Part shown: piece after piece, positions 16,912 through 26,089 of the stretch
Position numbering within the stretch: the first letter of the stretch is position 1
How the letters are laid out: each line of letters opens with the position of its first letter
Source: Hyphomicrobiales bacterium
GTDB taxonomy: Bacteria > Pseudomonadota > Alphaproteobacteria > Rhizobiales > CBDCVD01
Reading direction: 5' to 3'
Length of the DNA stretch: 64,000 nt
Assembly (NCBI GenBank): GCA_965222955.1
Contig: OZ244974.1
Span: 1,344,226-1,408,225 of the forward strand
The notes under the pieces: generated by a model
What the model was told of the DNA's origin: nothing
The model's input: only the letters and a program-made list of their open reading frames with translations
The model's database searches: none
Translations under genes and position numbers: made by a program

Positions 16912-19900
16912 ATGCGCATTGAGCGTCGTTTTACCAAAGCCAACCACTCGCCCTACGATGGCATCGCATTTCGTACCACGACAAGCGAGATCAGGAATCC
17001 GGACGGCTCAATCGTATTTCACCTGGAGAACTTTAAGGTCCCCAATGACTGGTCGCAGATCGCCAGCGATATCATTGCGCAAAAGTATTTTCGCAAAGCC
17101 GGCGTTCCCGCCTTGCTCAAGCAGGTTGAGGAAGACGATACCCCGTCATGGCTATGGCGCTGCGAGCCTGACAGGAAGGCCCTCGCCAAATTGCCATCGC
17201 GCAAGCGTTATGGATCGGAGACAGACGCCCGCCAGGTGTTCAACCGTCTGGCCGGCACCTGGACCTATTGGGGCTGGAAGGGAGGCTATTTCGACCGCGA
17301 GGAAGACGCGCGCGCCTTTTATGACGAATTGTGTCATATGCTGGCCACGCAAAAGGCCGCTCCCAACAGCCCGCAATGGTTCAATACAGGATTATACTGG
17401 GCGTATGGCATCGATGGTGCTGGCCAGGGCCACTACTATACGGATTTTACGACCGGCACCGTCAAGCGCTCCAACAGTTCATACAAATACCCGCAGCCAC
17501 ATGCGTGTTTTATCCAGTCCATTGCCGATGACCTGGTCAATGAGGGTGGCATTATGGATCAATGGGTGCGCGAGGCGCGGCTGTTTAAATTCGGCTCCGG
17601 TACGGGCACCAATTTTTCCAGCCTGCGCGGCGAGGGCGAAGCGCTCTCAAGCGGTGGCAAGTCGTCGGGCCTGATGTCGTTCCTGAAAATCGGCGATCGC
17701 GCCGCGGGCGCCATCAAATCGGGCGGCACAACGCGTCGGGCGGCGAAGATGGTTATCGTCGATATCGATCACCCGGACATCGAATCGTTCATTACCTGGA
17801 AAGAACGCGAAGAGCAAAAGGTGGCGGCGCTCGTTGCCGGATCGAGAATCTGCGCGCGTCATCTAAAGGCAATCATGAAGGCCTGCGTCAATTGCCAGGG
17901 CTCCGGCGATGATTGTTTCGATGCCCGGAAAAATACCGCCCTGCGCCGCGAGGTGCGCGCCGCGCGGCGCGCCTGTATACCTGAAAACGCCATCCAGCGC
18001 ATCATCCAGTTCGCCAGACAGGGGTATACGGACGTCGATTTTCCCGTCTATAACACGGATTGGGATCAGGAGGCGTATCGGACCGTTTCGGGGCAGAATT
18101 CCAATAATTCTGTTCGTATCACGGATGAATTTCTTGCCGCAGTCGAGACCAACAGCGACTGGCATCTTAAGGCGCGCACCACCGGCAAGCCGATGAGTTC
18201 GGTAAAAGCACGCCGGCTGTGGGAAATGATCGCCCAGGCGGCATGGAATTCCGCCGATCCCGGCGTTCAGTATCACACCACAATCAACGACTGGCACACG
18301 TGCCCGAAATCGGGGCCGATCAACGGCTCCAATCCGTGCTCGGAGTACATGTTTCTGGACGATACGGCGTGTAACCTGGCCTCCATTAATCTGCTGCCGT
18401 TTGCCAGCGAAAATGGCGTCTTCGATTCTCGGGGGTTCGAACACGCGGTCCGTCTGTGGACGATCGTTCTTGAGATTTCGGTATTGATGGCGCAATTTCC
18501 ATCCAGGGAAATCGCCCGCCGCTCCTATCGCTTTCGCACCCTCGGTCTGGGGTTTGCCAATATCGGCGGCCTGTTGATGGCATCGGGCCTGGCATACGAT
18601 TCCGATGCGGGGCGCGCCGTATGCGGCGCTATCTCAGCGCTTATGACCGGTCGGGCATACGCCACATCGGCGCAGATGGCGCGCGAGCTGGGCGCTTTTC
18701 CCGGCTACAGGAAGAACGCCAAGGCGATGTTGCGGGTCATGCGCAATCACCGCCGCGCCGCTTACAGCAAGGCCAACGGGTACGAACGGCTTCGCACCCC
18801 TCCTGTGCCCCTTGACGCCGGGGCCTGTCCCGATGCGCAACTGATCGAGCGGGCGCGCAAGGCCTGGGACGATGCCCTTGATCTGGGTAGCGCCCACGGC
18901 TTTCGCAATGCCCAGACGAGCGTGATCGCGCCAACCGGCACGATCGGCCTCGTCATGGATTGCGATACGACGGGAATTGAACCCGATTTTGCCCTGGTCA
19001 AATTCAAGAGCCTGGCGGGAGGCGGTTATTTCAAGATCATCAATCGGGCGGTGCCGCGCGCCTTGCGCGCGCTGGGCTATGACGGCGAACAGATCGCCGC
19101 AATCGTGCGATACGCAACCGGCCACGGAACCTTGAAAGAAGCCCCCGGGATCAATCATGCCCTGTTGAGGGAAAAGGGCTTTACCGATACCCAGCTGAAG
19201 GCCGTTGAGGCCGCCCTTGCCGATGCGTTCGATATTGCGTTTGTTTTCAACAAATGGACACTGGGTGAGACCTTCTGCACCCGGGTGCTGGGTATCGACG
19301 GCGATGATCTTGCTGATCCCTCGTTCAGTATTCTGCGCCATCTGGGTTTTTCCAGGGAGGCTATTGAGGCGGCGAACATATATTGTGCCGGCGCCATGAC
19401 CCTGGAGGGCGCTCCGCATCTGGCGCAGGAGCATCTGGCGGTATTCGATTGCGCCTCACCGTGTGGCCGTCTTGGCACGCGCGCCTTGTCGGTGGACAGC
19501 CATATTCGTATGATGGCGGCCGCACAGCCGTTCATCAGCGGCGCGATCTCCAAGACGATCAACATGCCGGCGACCGCGAGTGTTGAGGATTGCGCCGATG
19601 CGTATATGCTGTCATGGAAGTCGGGGCTGAAGGCGACGGCGCTGTACCGTGACGGCTCAAAACTCTCGCAGCCGCTTAACGCCCAGGTTTTCGCCGATGA
19701 TGAGGATGAACGCGAGGACATCATTGAGGAACTGGCCCCCTTGCAACCGGCCCAGCAGCGCGCCGCGGTGGCTGCGGAGCGGTTTGTGGAACGGGTTGTG
19801 GAGCGCGCCCGCGAACGCGAACGCATGCCCCATCGGCGCAAGGGATATACGCAAAAGGCCATTGTCGGTGGCCACAAGGTCTATTTGCACACCGGCGAAT

Positions 19901-20643
19901 ACGAGGACGGGCGCATCGGCGAGATTTTCATCGATATGCACAAGGAGGGGGCGGCGTTTCGCTCCCTGATGAACAACTTCGCCATTGCCGTCTCTTTGGG
20001 ACTGCAATATGGTGTACCTCTTGAGGAATATGTCGATGCCTTTACATTTACCCGGTTTGAGCCTGCGGGTCTTGTACAGGGCAATGAAACGATCAAGAAT
20101 GCGACGTCGATTCTTGACTATATTTTCCGCGAACTGGCTATTTCCTATCTCAGCCGCCATGATCTTGCCCATGTCGATCCGGGCGATATTGGTTCCATGA
20201 CAATAGGTGCTGGCGTGGCGCAGGACAAGCCGCGCACCAAGGGGGTGCCGACCGAGCGGCTTGTTTCAAAGGGGCTGACTCGCGGGCGCGTCGGGGAGAA
20301 AAATCTGATGGTGGTCGGCGGTGCATCGCGGGAAGCGAATCCGGCGCATCTTTTGCAGGCGCGCGCCCGCACCACCCTTGCCGGTACGGCTGCGGTGGTG
20401 AAGGCGGATCAGCCTGTTGGCGATGCCGGCATGCTTGTTGACGGCGATACCGCAGAGGATTCTGAAACGGATGTACCCTTGCGGGCCGATGCGGCGCCGG
20501 AGCCGGCGGACAAGCAGCGCGCCATTGCCCGTATGAAGGGCTATGAGGGAGAGGCTTGTACTGAGTGCGGGAATTTTACGATGGTGCGCAATGGCACCTG
20601 TCTGAAATGCGACACATGTGGCTCCACCAGCGGCTGCAGTTAG
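16912..20643 (+). CDS. nrdJ: Vitamin B12-dependent (class II) ribonucleotide reductase
   Basis: 1243 aa. Typical class II NrdJ sequence throughout, including [21 protein letters not shown] and a C-terminal Cys-rich tail ([28 protein letters not shown]). Confidence 0.95.
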   Translation: MRIERRFTKANHSPYDGIAFRTTTSEIRNPDGSIVFHLENFKVPNDWSQIASDIIAQKYFRKAGVPALLKQVEEDDTPSWLWRCEPDRKALAKLPSRKRYGSETDARQVFNRLAGTWTYWGWKGGYFDREEDARAFYDELCHMLATQKAAPNSPQWFNTGLYWAYGIDGAGQGHYYTDFTTGTVKRSNSSYKYPQPHACFIQSIADDLVNEGGIMDQWVREARLFKFGSGTGTNFSSLRGEGEALSSGGKSSGLMSFLKIGDRAAGAIKSGGTTRRAAKMVIVDIDHPDIESFITWKEREEQKVAALVAGSRICARHLKAIMKACVNCQGSGDDCFDARKNTALRREVRAARRACIPENAIQRIIQFARQGYTDVDFPVYNTDWDQEAYRTVSGQNSNNSVRITDEFLAAVETNSDWHLKARTTGKPMSSVKARRLWEMIAQAAWNSADPGVQYHTTINDWHTCPKSGPINGSNPCSEYMFLDDTACNLASINLLPFASENGVFDSRGFEHAVRLWTIVLEISVLMAQFPSREIARRSYRFRTLGLGFANIGGLLMASGLAYDSDAGRAVCGAISALMTGRAYATSAQMARELGAFPGYRKNAKAMLRVMRNHRRAAYSKANGYERLRTPPVPLDAGACPDAQLIERARKAWDDALDLGSAHGFRNAQTSVIAPTGTIGLVMDCDTTGIEPDFALVKFKSLAGGGYFKIINRAVPRALRALGYDGEQIAAIVRYATGHGTLKEAPGINHALLREKGFTDTQLKAVEAALADAFDIAFVFNKWTLGETFCTRVLGIDGDDLADPSFSILRHLGFSREAIEAANIYCAGAMTLEGAPHLAQEHLAVFDCASPCGRLGTRALSVDSHIRMMAAAQPFISGAISKTINMPATASVEDCADAYMLSWKSGLKATALYRDGSKLSQPLNAQVFADDEDEREDIIEELAPLQPAQQRAAVAAERFVERVVERARERERMPHRRKGYTQKAIVGGHKVYLHTGEYEDGRIGEIFIDMHKEGAAFRSLMNNFAIAVSLGLQYGVPLEEYVDAFTFTRFEPAGLVQGNETIKNATSILDYIFRELAISYLSRHDLAHVDPGDIGSMTIGAGVAQDKPRTKGVPTERLVSKGLTRGRVGEKNLMVVGGASREANPAHLLQARARTTLAGTAAVVKADQPVGDAGMLVDGDTAEDSETDVPLRADAAPEPADKQRAIARMKGYEGEACTECGNFTMVRNGTCLKCDTCGSTSGCS

Positions 20644-20692
20644 TTGAATGTGAAAAAGTCCCCCGGCTTCGCCTCGGTCTGCTTTTCCCGCT
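20644..20692 (+). repeat. Family D/E element, D-end fragment, truncated by the C array
   Basis: ttgaatgtgaaaaagtcccccggcttcgcctcggtctgcttttcccgc begins directly after the nrdJ TAG. Confidence 0.75.
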
Positions 20693-20693
20693 A

Positions 20694-21356
20694 ATACCAG
20701 CGGTATTAGCGCTTTGTACGCGCTGACTTGTGTGTTGTGCTGACAAGACAACGGTTGTAAACCGGGTCAGGAGTCAAACGCAACGCCCCTGTATACCAGC
20801 GGTATTAGCGTTTTGTACGCGCTGACTTGTGTGTTGTGCTGACAAGACAACGGTTGTAAACCGGGTCAGGAGTCAAACGCAACGCCCCTGTATACCAGCG
20901 GTATTAGCGTTTTGTACGCGCTGACTTGTGTGTTGTGCTGACAAGACAACGGTTGTAAACCGGGTCAGGAGTCAAACGCAACGCCCCTGTATACCAGCGG
21001 TATTAGCGTTTTGTACGCGCTGACTTGTGTGTTGTGCTGACAAGACAACGGTTGTAAACCGGGTCAGGAGTCAAACGCAACGCCCCTGTATACCAGCGGT
21101 ATTAGCGTTTTGTACGCGCTGACTTGTGTGTTGTGCTGACAAGACAACGGTTGTAAACCGGGTCAGGAGTCAAACGCAATGCCCCTGTATACCAGCGGTA
21201 TTAGCGTTTTGTACGCGCTGACTTGTGTGTTGTGTTGACAAGACAACGGTTGTAAGCCGGGTCAGGAGTCAAACGCAACGCCCCTGTATACCAGCGGTAT
21301 TGGCTTTTTGTACGCGCTGACTTGTGTGTTGTGCTGACAAGACAACGGTTGTAAAC
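20694..21356 (+). repeat. Tandem array of family C units, exact 99-bp period, 6 full units plus a 69-bp partial
   Basis: ataccagcgg starts at 20694, 20793, 20892, 20991, 21090, 21189 and 21288. Junctions read cccctgtataccagcgg. Confidence 0.95.
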
Positions 21357-21359
21357 TAG

Positions 21360-21624
21360 CTGTAATCTTTCAGCAGGTTGTTCCCGGGACAGGCATACCG
21401 GTAGTGACACCTCTTGCGCCCTTGCCCCCAGGGAGGCCATACCGGGCCATTCATCTGATCATCGCTTTTTTTCGATTTCTCCTGCGCTGTCAAGGGTTTA
21501 AGAACCGCCAGAGGCGGCGCGAAGCGCCCTTGACAACGCAGGATAAATCGAACACCTCTAATGATCAGATGAATGGCCCCCTGCGCCCGAAGGGTTTACC
21601 AGGGACAACCTGTTGAAATTACAG
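21360..21624 (+). repeat. Family B copy carrying a nested F palindrome
   Basis: ctgtaatctttcagcaggttgttcccgggacagg ... ccagggacaacctgttgaaattaca, interrupted by F at 21447-21576. Confidence 0.8.
21447..21576. repeat. Family F cruciform palindrome (130 bp)
   Basis: ccattcatctgatcatcgc...gtcaagggtttaagaaccgccagaggcggcgcgaagcgcccttgac...aatgatcagatgaatgg, a long near-perfect inverted repeat. Confidence 0.85.
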
Positions 21625-21698
21625 CGCTGGTGGTTCGATTCCAGCATTTGCACTTTTCAACCACGGGCTTGCATGCAAATGTTAGAATCAGAGAACCA
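21625..21698. repeat. Family J palindrome with tRNA T-arm-like ends
   Basis: ggtggttcgattccagcatttgca...tgcaaatgttagaatcagagaaccac. Similar copies at 45691 and 35971. Confidence 0.55.
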
Positions 21699-21974
21699 CC
21701 AGAGCGTGTCAGGTCTTAATAGAAGCAATTCTGTTTCCCGATTGGCGAGGCGACCCACGCTTGAGCCGATCGACATGCGATGTGGGCGCATCTCATGAGA
21801 TCGGTTTGAGCGTGGGCGCCCGCCAATCGACAAACCCGAAGGAACGGGCGATTTTGCACCAATGCCGGCGCAAGGTTTCTTGAAAATAGTCCACTATGTC
21901 CTGCGAAACTTTGCCTGGCCTTGTCACAAAATCGCTCCGTCAGAATGATTCTATTAAGACCTGACACGCTCTAG
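21699..21974 (+). mobile_element. MITE family A, short form (276 bp), second internal subfamily
   Basis: TIRs ccagagcgtgtcaggtcttaatagaa / ttctattaagacctgacacgctctag. The interior differs from the 7361 copy (ccgatcgacatgcgatgtgggcgcatctcatgagatcgg). Confidence 0.85.
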
Positions 21975-22101
21975 CTGTAATCTTTCAGCAGGTTGTTCCG
22001 GGGACAGGCAGGTCTGAAGGAACACCTCTTGCGCCCTTGCCCCCAGGGATGGCCAGCAGCATCCGATGGGTTTTTCGAGAACACTCCGTTGACATTGCAC
22101 A
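21975..22101 (+). repeat. Family B copy (right arm degenerate)
   Basis: ctgtaatctttcagcaggttgttccggggacaggcaggtctgaagg ... ttcgagaacactccgttgacattgcaca. Abuts A at 21974/21975. Confidence 0.7.
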
Positions 22102-22118
22102 TCCAGGACGCGATCACA

Positions 22119-24242
22119 ATGTTTACGAAAAAACGCATATTCGCCTTTGGTGTGATCGTCGGATTGTGCGGCGCCGCTCTGTATACGGGCGATCGCTACG
22201 TGCGCGCGCGCATCAGCGATGGCGTCGATACCTGGTTTGCCGCCCTGCGCGGGCAGGGCTTCACCCACACCGCTTATGGTGGGCTCGATGTTAATCTACT
22301 CGGGCGCTCCGCAACGATTTATGATCTGCAAATCGGCCGCGATACGAAAAATACCCGCAAGCGCTCCGATTCGAACCCGGCCGTCAGGCATAACCTTCCC
22401 CCGTTGACGTTCAGCGCCGCCTCGCTGACAATTTCCGGCCTTGAGACGTCTTCGCGAGGTTTCGCCTTGGAGGCAATTTCGCTGAGCGATGCCCGCCTGA
22501 CAAGCGATGATATGCAACTCCACGCGGCCAGCTTTAGCGCCGATGATGTTTCATTTTTCCCCTCCCCCAATCCGGTGGCGGACAACCAGACCCTCTCACC
22601 GGCTGTCACCCGGGCCCTGCATGATCTGTTGCAACTGAATGCGGCGCAGGTGCAGCTTGCCGGGCTATCGCAACGCCTGCCGGTAAACGCGCAGATGCAG
22701 ATCGTGCTGACCCTGGACGATTTGGCGTTCGACGCGATGGCTCACGGGCGTATCGAAGCGGGCCGTTTTAACGGCTTGCGCCTGGCGCAGGCCGCACCGA
22801 TGCGCCCGTCGGATGAAGATAAAGCCTCCGTATCGTCCGCATCCGGGCGCGCCTATATTGCCCGGGGCGGCTTTCACGATCTTGATCTGTCCGTCCTGGC
22901 GGAATTTCTGCAACAGGTTCCCAGCCTTGAACAGGAGGCCCCCGCCGCCTGGCATGCGGTTCTCAAGACGTTCACCTTGCAGACCGTACGCCTTAATCCG
23001 CCAGACGAACGCAGCGGTGATACGATTGAACTGGCTTCTCTGGTGGCATGTCCGTGCCGGATGCGTCCGCATCTGAACGATATACAAAAAAAACAGCTGC
23101 ATCGCGCATTCAGCGGTAATTTTATCGAAACAGATGACAGTTTCGCAGCCATTCTGTTGCCCATCATCGCCGCCAGCAGCACCGTTGACGGGTTGCAACT
23201 GGAGGATGTCGCTGTTGGCACGCACGCTCAGGATCAGGGCGGCAATGCTGCACACCTTTCTGTGGATACATTGAAACTGACCGATCTGTCCGGAAAGCAT
23301 ATCGAGACCATGGCGCTCTCGGGCGTTCGTGTATCGACGGGTGAGACGCAGGCCCGTCTTGGCGGTATAGCGGTCTCTGGCATTGATTTGACCGCCTTGT
23401 CAGCCCGCCAGCCAAAGACGCAGACTGTATCGCAAACATCCGACGCGCCGCCCTCCGGTTTTGCCGGCTTTGCCCTTGATACGATCATCGGCACCCGGCC
23501 GCAACGGCTTCAACTAGGCGCCCTTGAGATAAGCACCGCGGGCGATACCTCCCTTCGCATTGAGACCCTTGATATTTCCGCCAATGATTACGCCGATCAT
23601 TTTCCCCAAAAGGCGCATATTGTTGCAAGCGCCGTAAGCATTCCGACCGCCGCGCTGCCCGATGGTCCCTTGCGCTCTGCCCTTGCGCAGATGGATTACG
23701 AGCCGTTGAAACTATCGCTTGCGGGAGAACTTCTGTGGTTCCCGCGCAGGCCGCTTTTGCGCTTGCAGGATATAAAGATGACAATGGACGATGCGGGAGA
23801 ATTGGTTCTCGATGCCGATCTTCACGGCTTTGTGCCTCGTATCGAGGTGTTTTCCAGCTTTTCCGAGACGGGGCTGGCGAGCGCCAGTCTTGGTGATTTG
23901 AGCCTGCATTTTACCAATAATACGCTTGTTGAGAAGCTGTTCGATTGGGTTACGCTGTCCACCAGACTGCCTGCCAACGCGCAACAGGTGTTGCTTGATG
24001 ATCAGGTGCGTATCTTTACCGACCGACTGGGCGATCCGCATCTGCAGGATACGGCGCGCCGTGTGGCCCGGACCTTTGCCGAAAAACCGCAGAATCTGTC
24101 GCTGCATCTGCGCCCGGCGACGCCTGTTCCGTTACTGCAACTGGCGCTTTCCTATCGCATGCTGCCAAGCGGGTTGCCGCCATTGCTGAATATCGACTTG
24201 CGTGTTAACGAAAAGACCGCCCGCGCGGTGAGCACCGACTAG
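22119..24242 (+). CDS. Hypothetical membrane-anchored protein (707 aa), no family recognised
   Basis: Start trimmed to ATG 22119 (MFTKKRIFAFGVIVGLCGAALYTG, N-terminal TM/signal anchor) because the upstream part of ORF 21993.. lies in repeat B. The TAG stop sits inside an A TIR. Confidence 0.6.
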   Translation: MFTKKRIFAFGVIVGLCGAALYTGDRYVRARISDGVDTWFAALRGQGFTHTAYGGLDVNLLGRSATIYDLQIGRDTKNTRKRSDSNPAVRHNLPPLTFSAASLTISGLETSSRGFALEAISLSDARLTSDDMQLHAASFSADDVSFFPSPNPVADNQTLSPAVTRALHDLLQLNAAQVQLAGLSQRLPVNAQMQIVLTLDDLAFDAMAHGRIEAGRFNGLRLAQAAPMRPSDEDKASVSSASGRAYIARGGFHDLDLSVLAEFLQQVPSLEQEAPAAWHAVLKTFTLQTVRLNPPDERSGDTIELASLVACPCRMRPHLNDIQKKQLHRAFSGNFIETDDSFAAILLPIIAASSTVDGLQLEDVAVGTHAQDQGGNAAHLSVDTLKLTDLSGKHIETMALSGVRVSTGETQARLGGIAVSGIDLTALSARQPKTQTVSQTSDAPPSGFAGFALDTIIGTRPQRLQLGALEISTAGDTSLRIETLDISANDYADHFPQKAHIVASAVSIPTAALPDGPLRSALAQMDYEPLKLSLAGELLWFPRRPLLRLQDIKMTMDDAGELVLDADLHGFVPRIEVFSSFSETGLASASLGDLSLHFTNNTLVEKLFDWVTLSTRLPANAQQVLLDDQVRIFTDRLGDPHLQDTARRVARTFAEKPQNLSLHLRPATPVPLLQLALSYRMLPSGLPPLLNIDLRVNEKTARAVSTD

Positions 24243-24300
24243 AGCGTATCAGGTCTTAATAGAAACAGAATTGCTTCTATTAAGACCTGACACGCTCCAA
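24239..24300. mobile_element. Family A solo TIR pair
   Basis: ctagagcgtatcaggtcttaatagaaacagaattgcttctattaagacctgacacgctccaa. Confidence 0.8.
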
Positions 24301-24524
24301 GTGAACCTCTTGCGGCCGTGGCCGCCAGGGCGGCCGGTTCGGGCCATTCATCTGATCATTGCTTTTTTTCGATTTATCCAGCGCTGTCAAGGGTTTAAGA
24401 ACCGCCAAAGGCGGCGCGAAGCGCCCTTGACAGTGCTGGATAAATCGAACATCTCTAATGATCAGATGGATGGCCACCTGTACCCGATGAGTTTACCAGG
24501 AACAACCTGCCGAGAGATCACAAC
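24301..24524 (+). repeat. Family B copy lacking its left arm, with nested F palindrome (24344..24473)
   Basis: gtgaacctcttgcggccgtggccgccaggg..[F]..ggccacctgtacccgatgagtttaccaggaacaacctgccgagagatcacaac. Confidence 0.75.
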
Positions 24525-24688
24525 TATAGCAAAATCGCCCGTCCCTTCGGGTTTGCCGATTGGCGGGCGCCCACGCTCAAACCGATCTCATGAGATGCGC
24601 CCACATCGCATGTCGATCGGCTCAAATGTGGGTCACCTCGCCAATCGAGAAACGAAAATTGCTTCTATTAAGACCTGACACGCTCTAA
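24525..24688 (-). mobile_element. Family A, truncated half-copy
   Basis: tatagcaaaatcgcccgtcccttcgggtttgccgattggcgg...cgagaaacgaaaattgcttctattaagacctgacacgctctaa. Ends 3 nt before the benE ATG. Confidence 0.75.
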
Positions 24689-24691
24689 GTC

Positions 24692-25924
24692 ATGATACCC
24701 TCGAATGCCGGTGGCGGCATGATCCGCGATCTCTCATCGCCAGCCCTTTACATGGGCCTGCTCGCGGCCTTCGTTGGCTATTCGGCCTCGTTTGCCATTG
24801 TGCTTGCCGGGCTGATTTCCGTCGGCGCAACCGCTCACGAGGCCACAACGGGACTCTTTGTCGCCACCCTTGGCATGGGTGTTTGCAGCATCTGGCTGGC
24901 CGCCGCAACCCGCATTCCCGCCGCCATCGTCTGGTCCACACCAGGAGCCGCGTTTCTCGCATCCACCAGCGCATTGCCCGGCGGTTTTGCCGAAGCCATC
25001 GGCGCTCTCATCTTCTGCGCTGTTCTGATCGCGCTTACCGGCCTCGTCCCCGCCATGGGCCGGGTGGTCGCCGGCATTCCAAAACCCCTCGCCAATGCCC
25101 TTTTAGCCGGCGTGATCCTGAAACTGTGTTTTGCGCCAGCACTGGCCCTCGGCACTATTCCCTATCTGGTATTGCCGGTACTGATCGCCTGGGCGGTTGG
25201 CCTGTCATGGCACAAACTGGCCGCCATGCCCTTTGCCGTAGCGGCATTTATCGTGGTGCTTTTCTTCGCCGTGGAGTACCCGTCCGGGTCTGCCGCGGCG
25301 GCGGCCGGCACACATTTCCCCGCACTTGCACCACTCCTGCCGATCTTTACCTGGCAATCGTTCATCTCGGTGGCCATCCCCCTTTATCTGATCACCATGG
25401 CCGGGCAGAATATTCCCGGATTTACCGTGCTTGAACTCAACAAATACGACGTAGACCGCCGCGCCCTTATTCGCAATACCGGATTGGCCAGCCTGCTGAT
25501 CGCGCCTTTCGGCGCGATTCCCCTTAGCATGTCAGCGATCACCGCGGCGATGATGTCGGGCGAGGACGCAGGCCGCGATCCATCAAGGCGCTACTGGGCA
25601 GTCATCACTTCCGGCATTGCCTATCTGGGTCTGGCACTTGCCGCCGGGCTGGTTGTTCGGGCCGCCAGTATCGCGCCGGCGGCGCTGATTACCGCCGTTG
25701 CCGGTCTTGCGCTTATCCCCGTGCTTGTTACCTCGCTTCGCGGCGCCTTTAGCGAGGAGAACCAACTGGAAGCACCGGCGCTTACCTTTTTGATCGCTGC
25801 AAGCGGCATGGGCCTGCTCGGCATCGGCGGCGCGTTCTGGGGCTTGATTGCCGGGGCCACGGTATGGTTAGCTAAGCGCGCCATCCGCAATTGGCTCCCG
25901 GGACGCAAATCGGGCTGGATGTGA
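24692..25924 (+). CDS. benE: Benzoate/H+ symporter BenE-family membrane protein
   Basis: 410 aa, polytopic. Contains the VWSTPGAAFLAS motif typical of BenE. Start uncertain (24692 or 24719). The stop lies inside repeat B. Confidence 0.75.
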   Translation: MIPSNAGGGMIRDLSSPALYMGLLAAFVGYSASFAIVLAGLISVGATAHEATTGLFVATLGMGVCSIWLAAATRIPAAIVWSTPGAAFLASTSALPGGFAEAIGALIFCAVLIALTGLVPAMGRVVAGIPKPLANALLAGVILKLCFAPALALGTIPYLVLPVLIAWAVGLSWHKLAAMPFAVAAFIVVLFFAVEYPSGSAAAAAGTHFPALAPLLPIFTWQSFISVAIPLYLITMAGQNIPGFTVLELNKYDVDRRALIRNTGLASLLIAPFGAIPLSMSAITAAMMSGEDAGRDPSRRYWAVITSGIAYLGLALAAGLVVRAASIAPAALITAVAGLALIPVLVTSLRGAFSEENQLEAPALTFLIAASGMGLLGIGGAFWGLIAGATVWLAKRAIRNWLPGRKSGWM

Positions 25925-26077
25925 TCTTTCAACAGGTTGTCCGTGGTAAACCTATCGGGTGCAGATGGATGGCCCGGTATGGCCTCCCTGGCGGCAAAGG
26001 CGGCAAGGGCGGCAAGGGCGCAAGAGATGGACCTTCAGACCTGCCTGTCCCGGGAACACCCTGCTGAAAGATCACAG
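25920..26077 (-). repeat. Family B copy overlapping the benE stop, followed by a 10-nt A-TIR remnant
   Basis: tgtgatctttcaacaggttgtccgtgg ... cccgggaacaccctgctgaaagatcacag, then ctggagcgtg (26078-26087). Confidence 0.8.
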
Positions 26078-26089
26078 CTGGAGCGTGCC

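Noticed and set aside
20694-21356. Could the regular tandem arrays be CRISPR arrays?
   Set aside because: There are no unique spacers. The whole 99-bp unit repeats head-to-tail, the units are MITE copies found elsewhere, and no cas genes are present in the window.
21625-21698. A tRNA gene at the J palindromes, because of the GGTTCGATTCC motif.
   Set aside because: No acceptor stem, D-arm or anticodon arm can be folded. The motif is duplicated in inverted orientation as part of a palindrome.
21993-22118. N-terminal extensions of several ORFs in the track (21993.., 25937.., 2702.., 46024.., 61691.., 6346.., 4570..6540 upstream part, 47427.., 30659..).
   Set aside because: The extensions run through MITE copies or non-coding leaders and translate to nonsense. 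Internal ATGs give N-termini that match the expected protein families, so the starts were trimmed.
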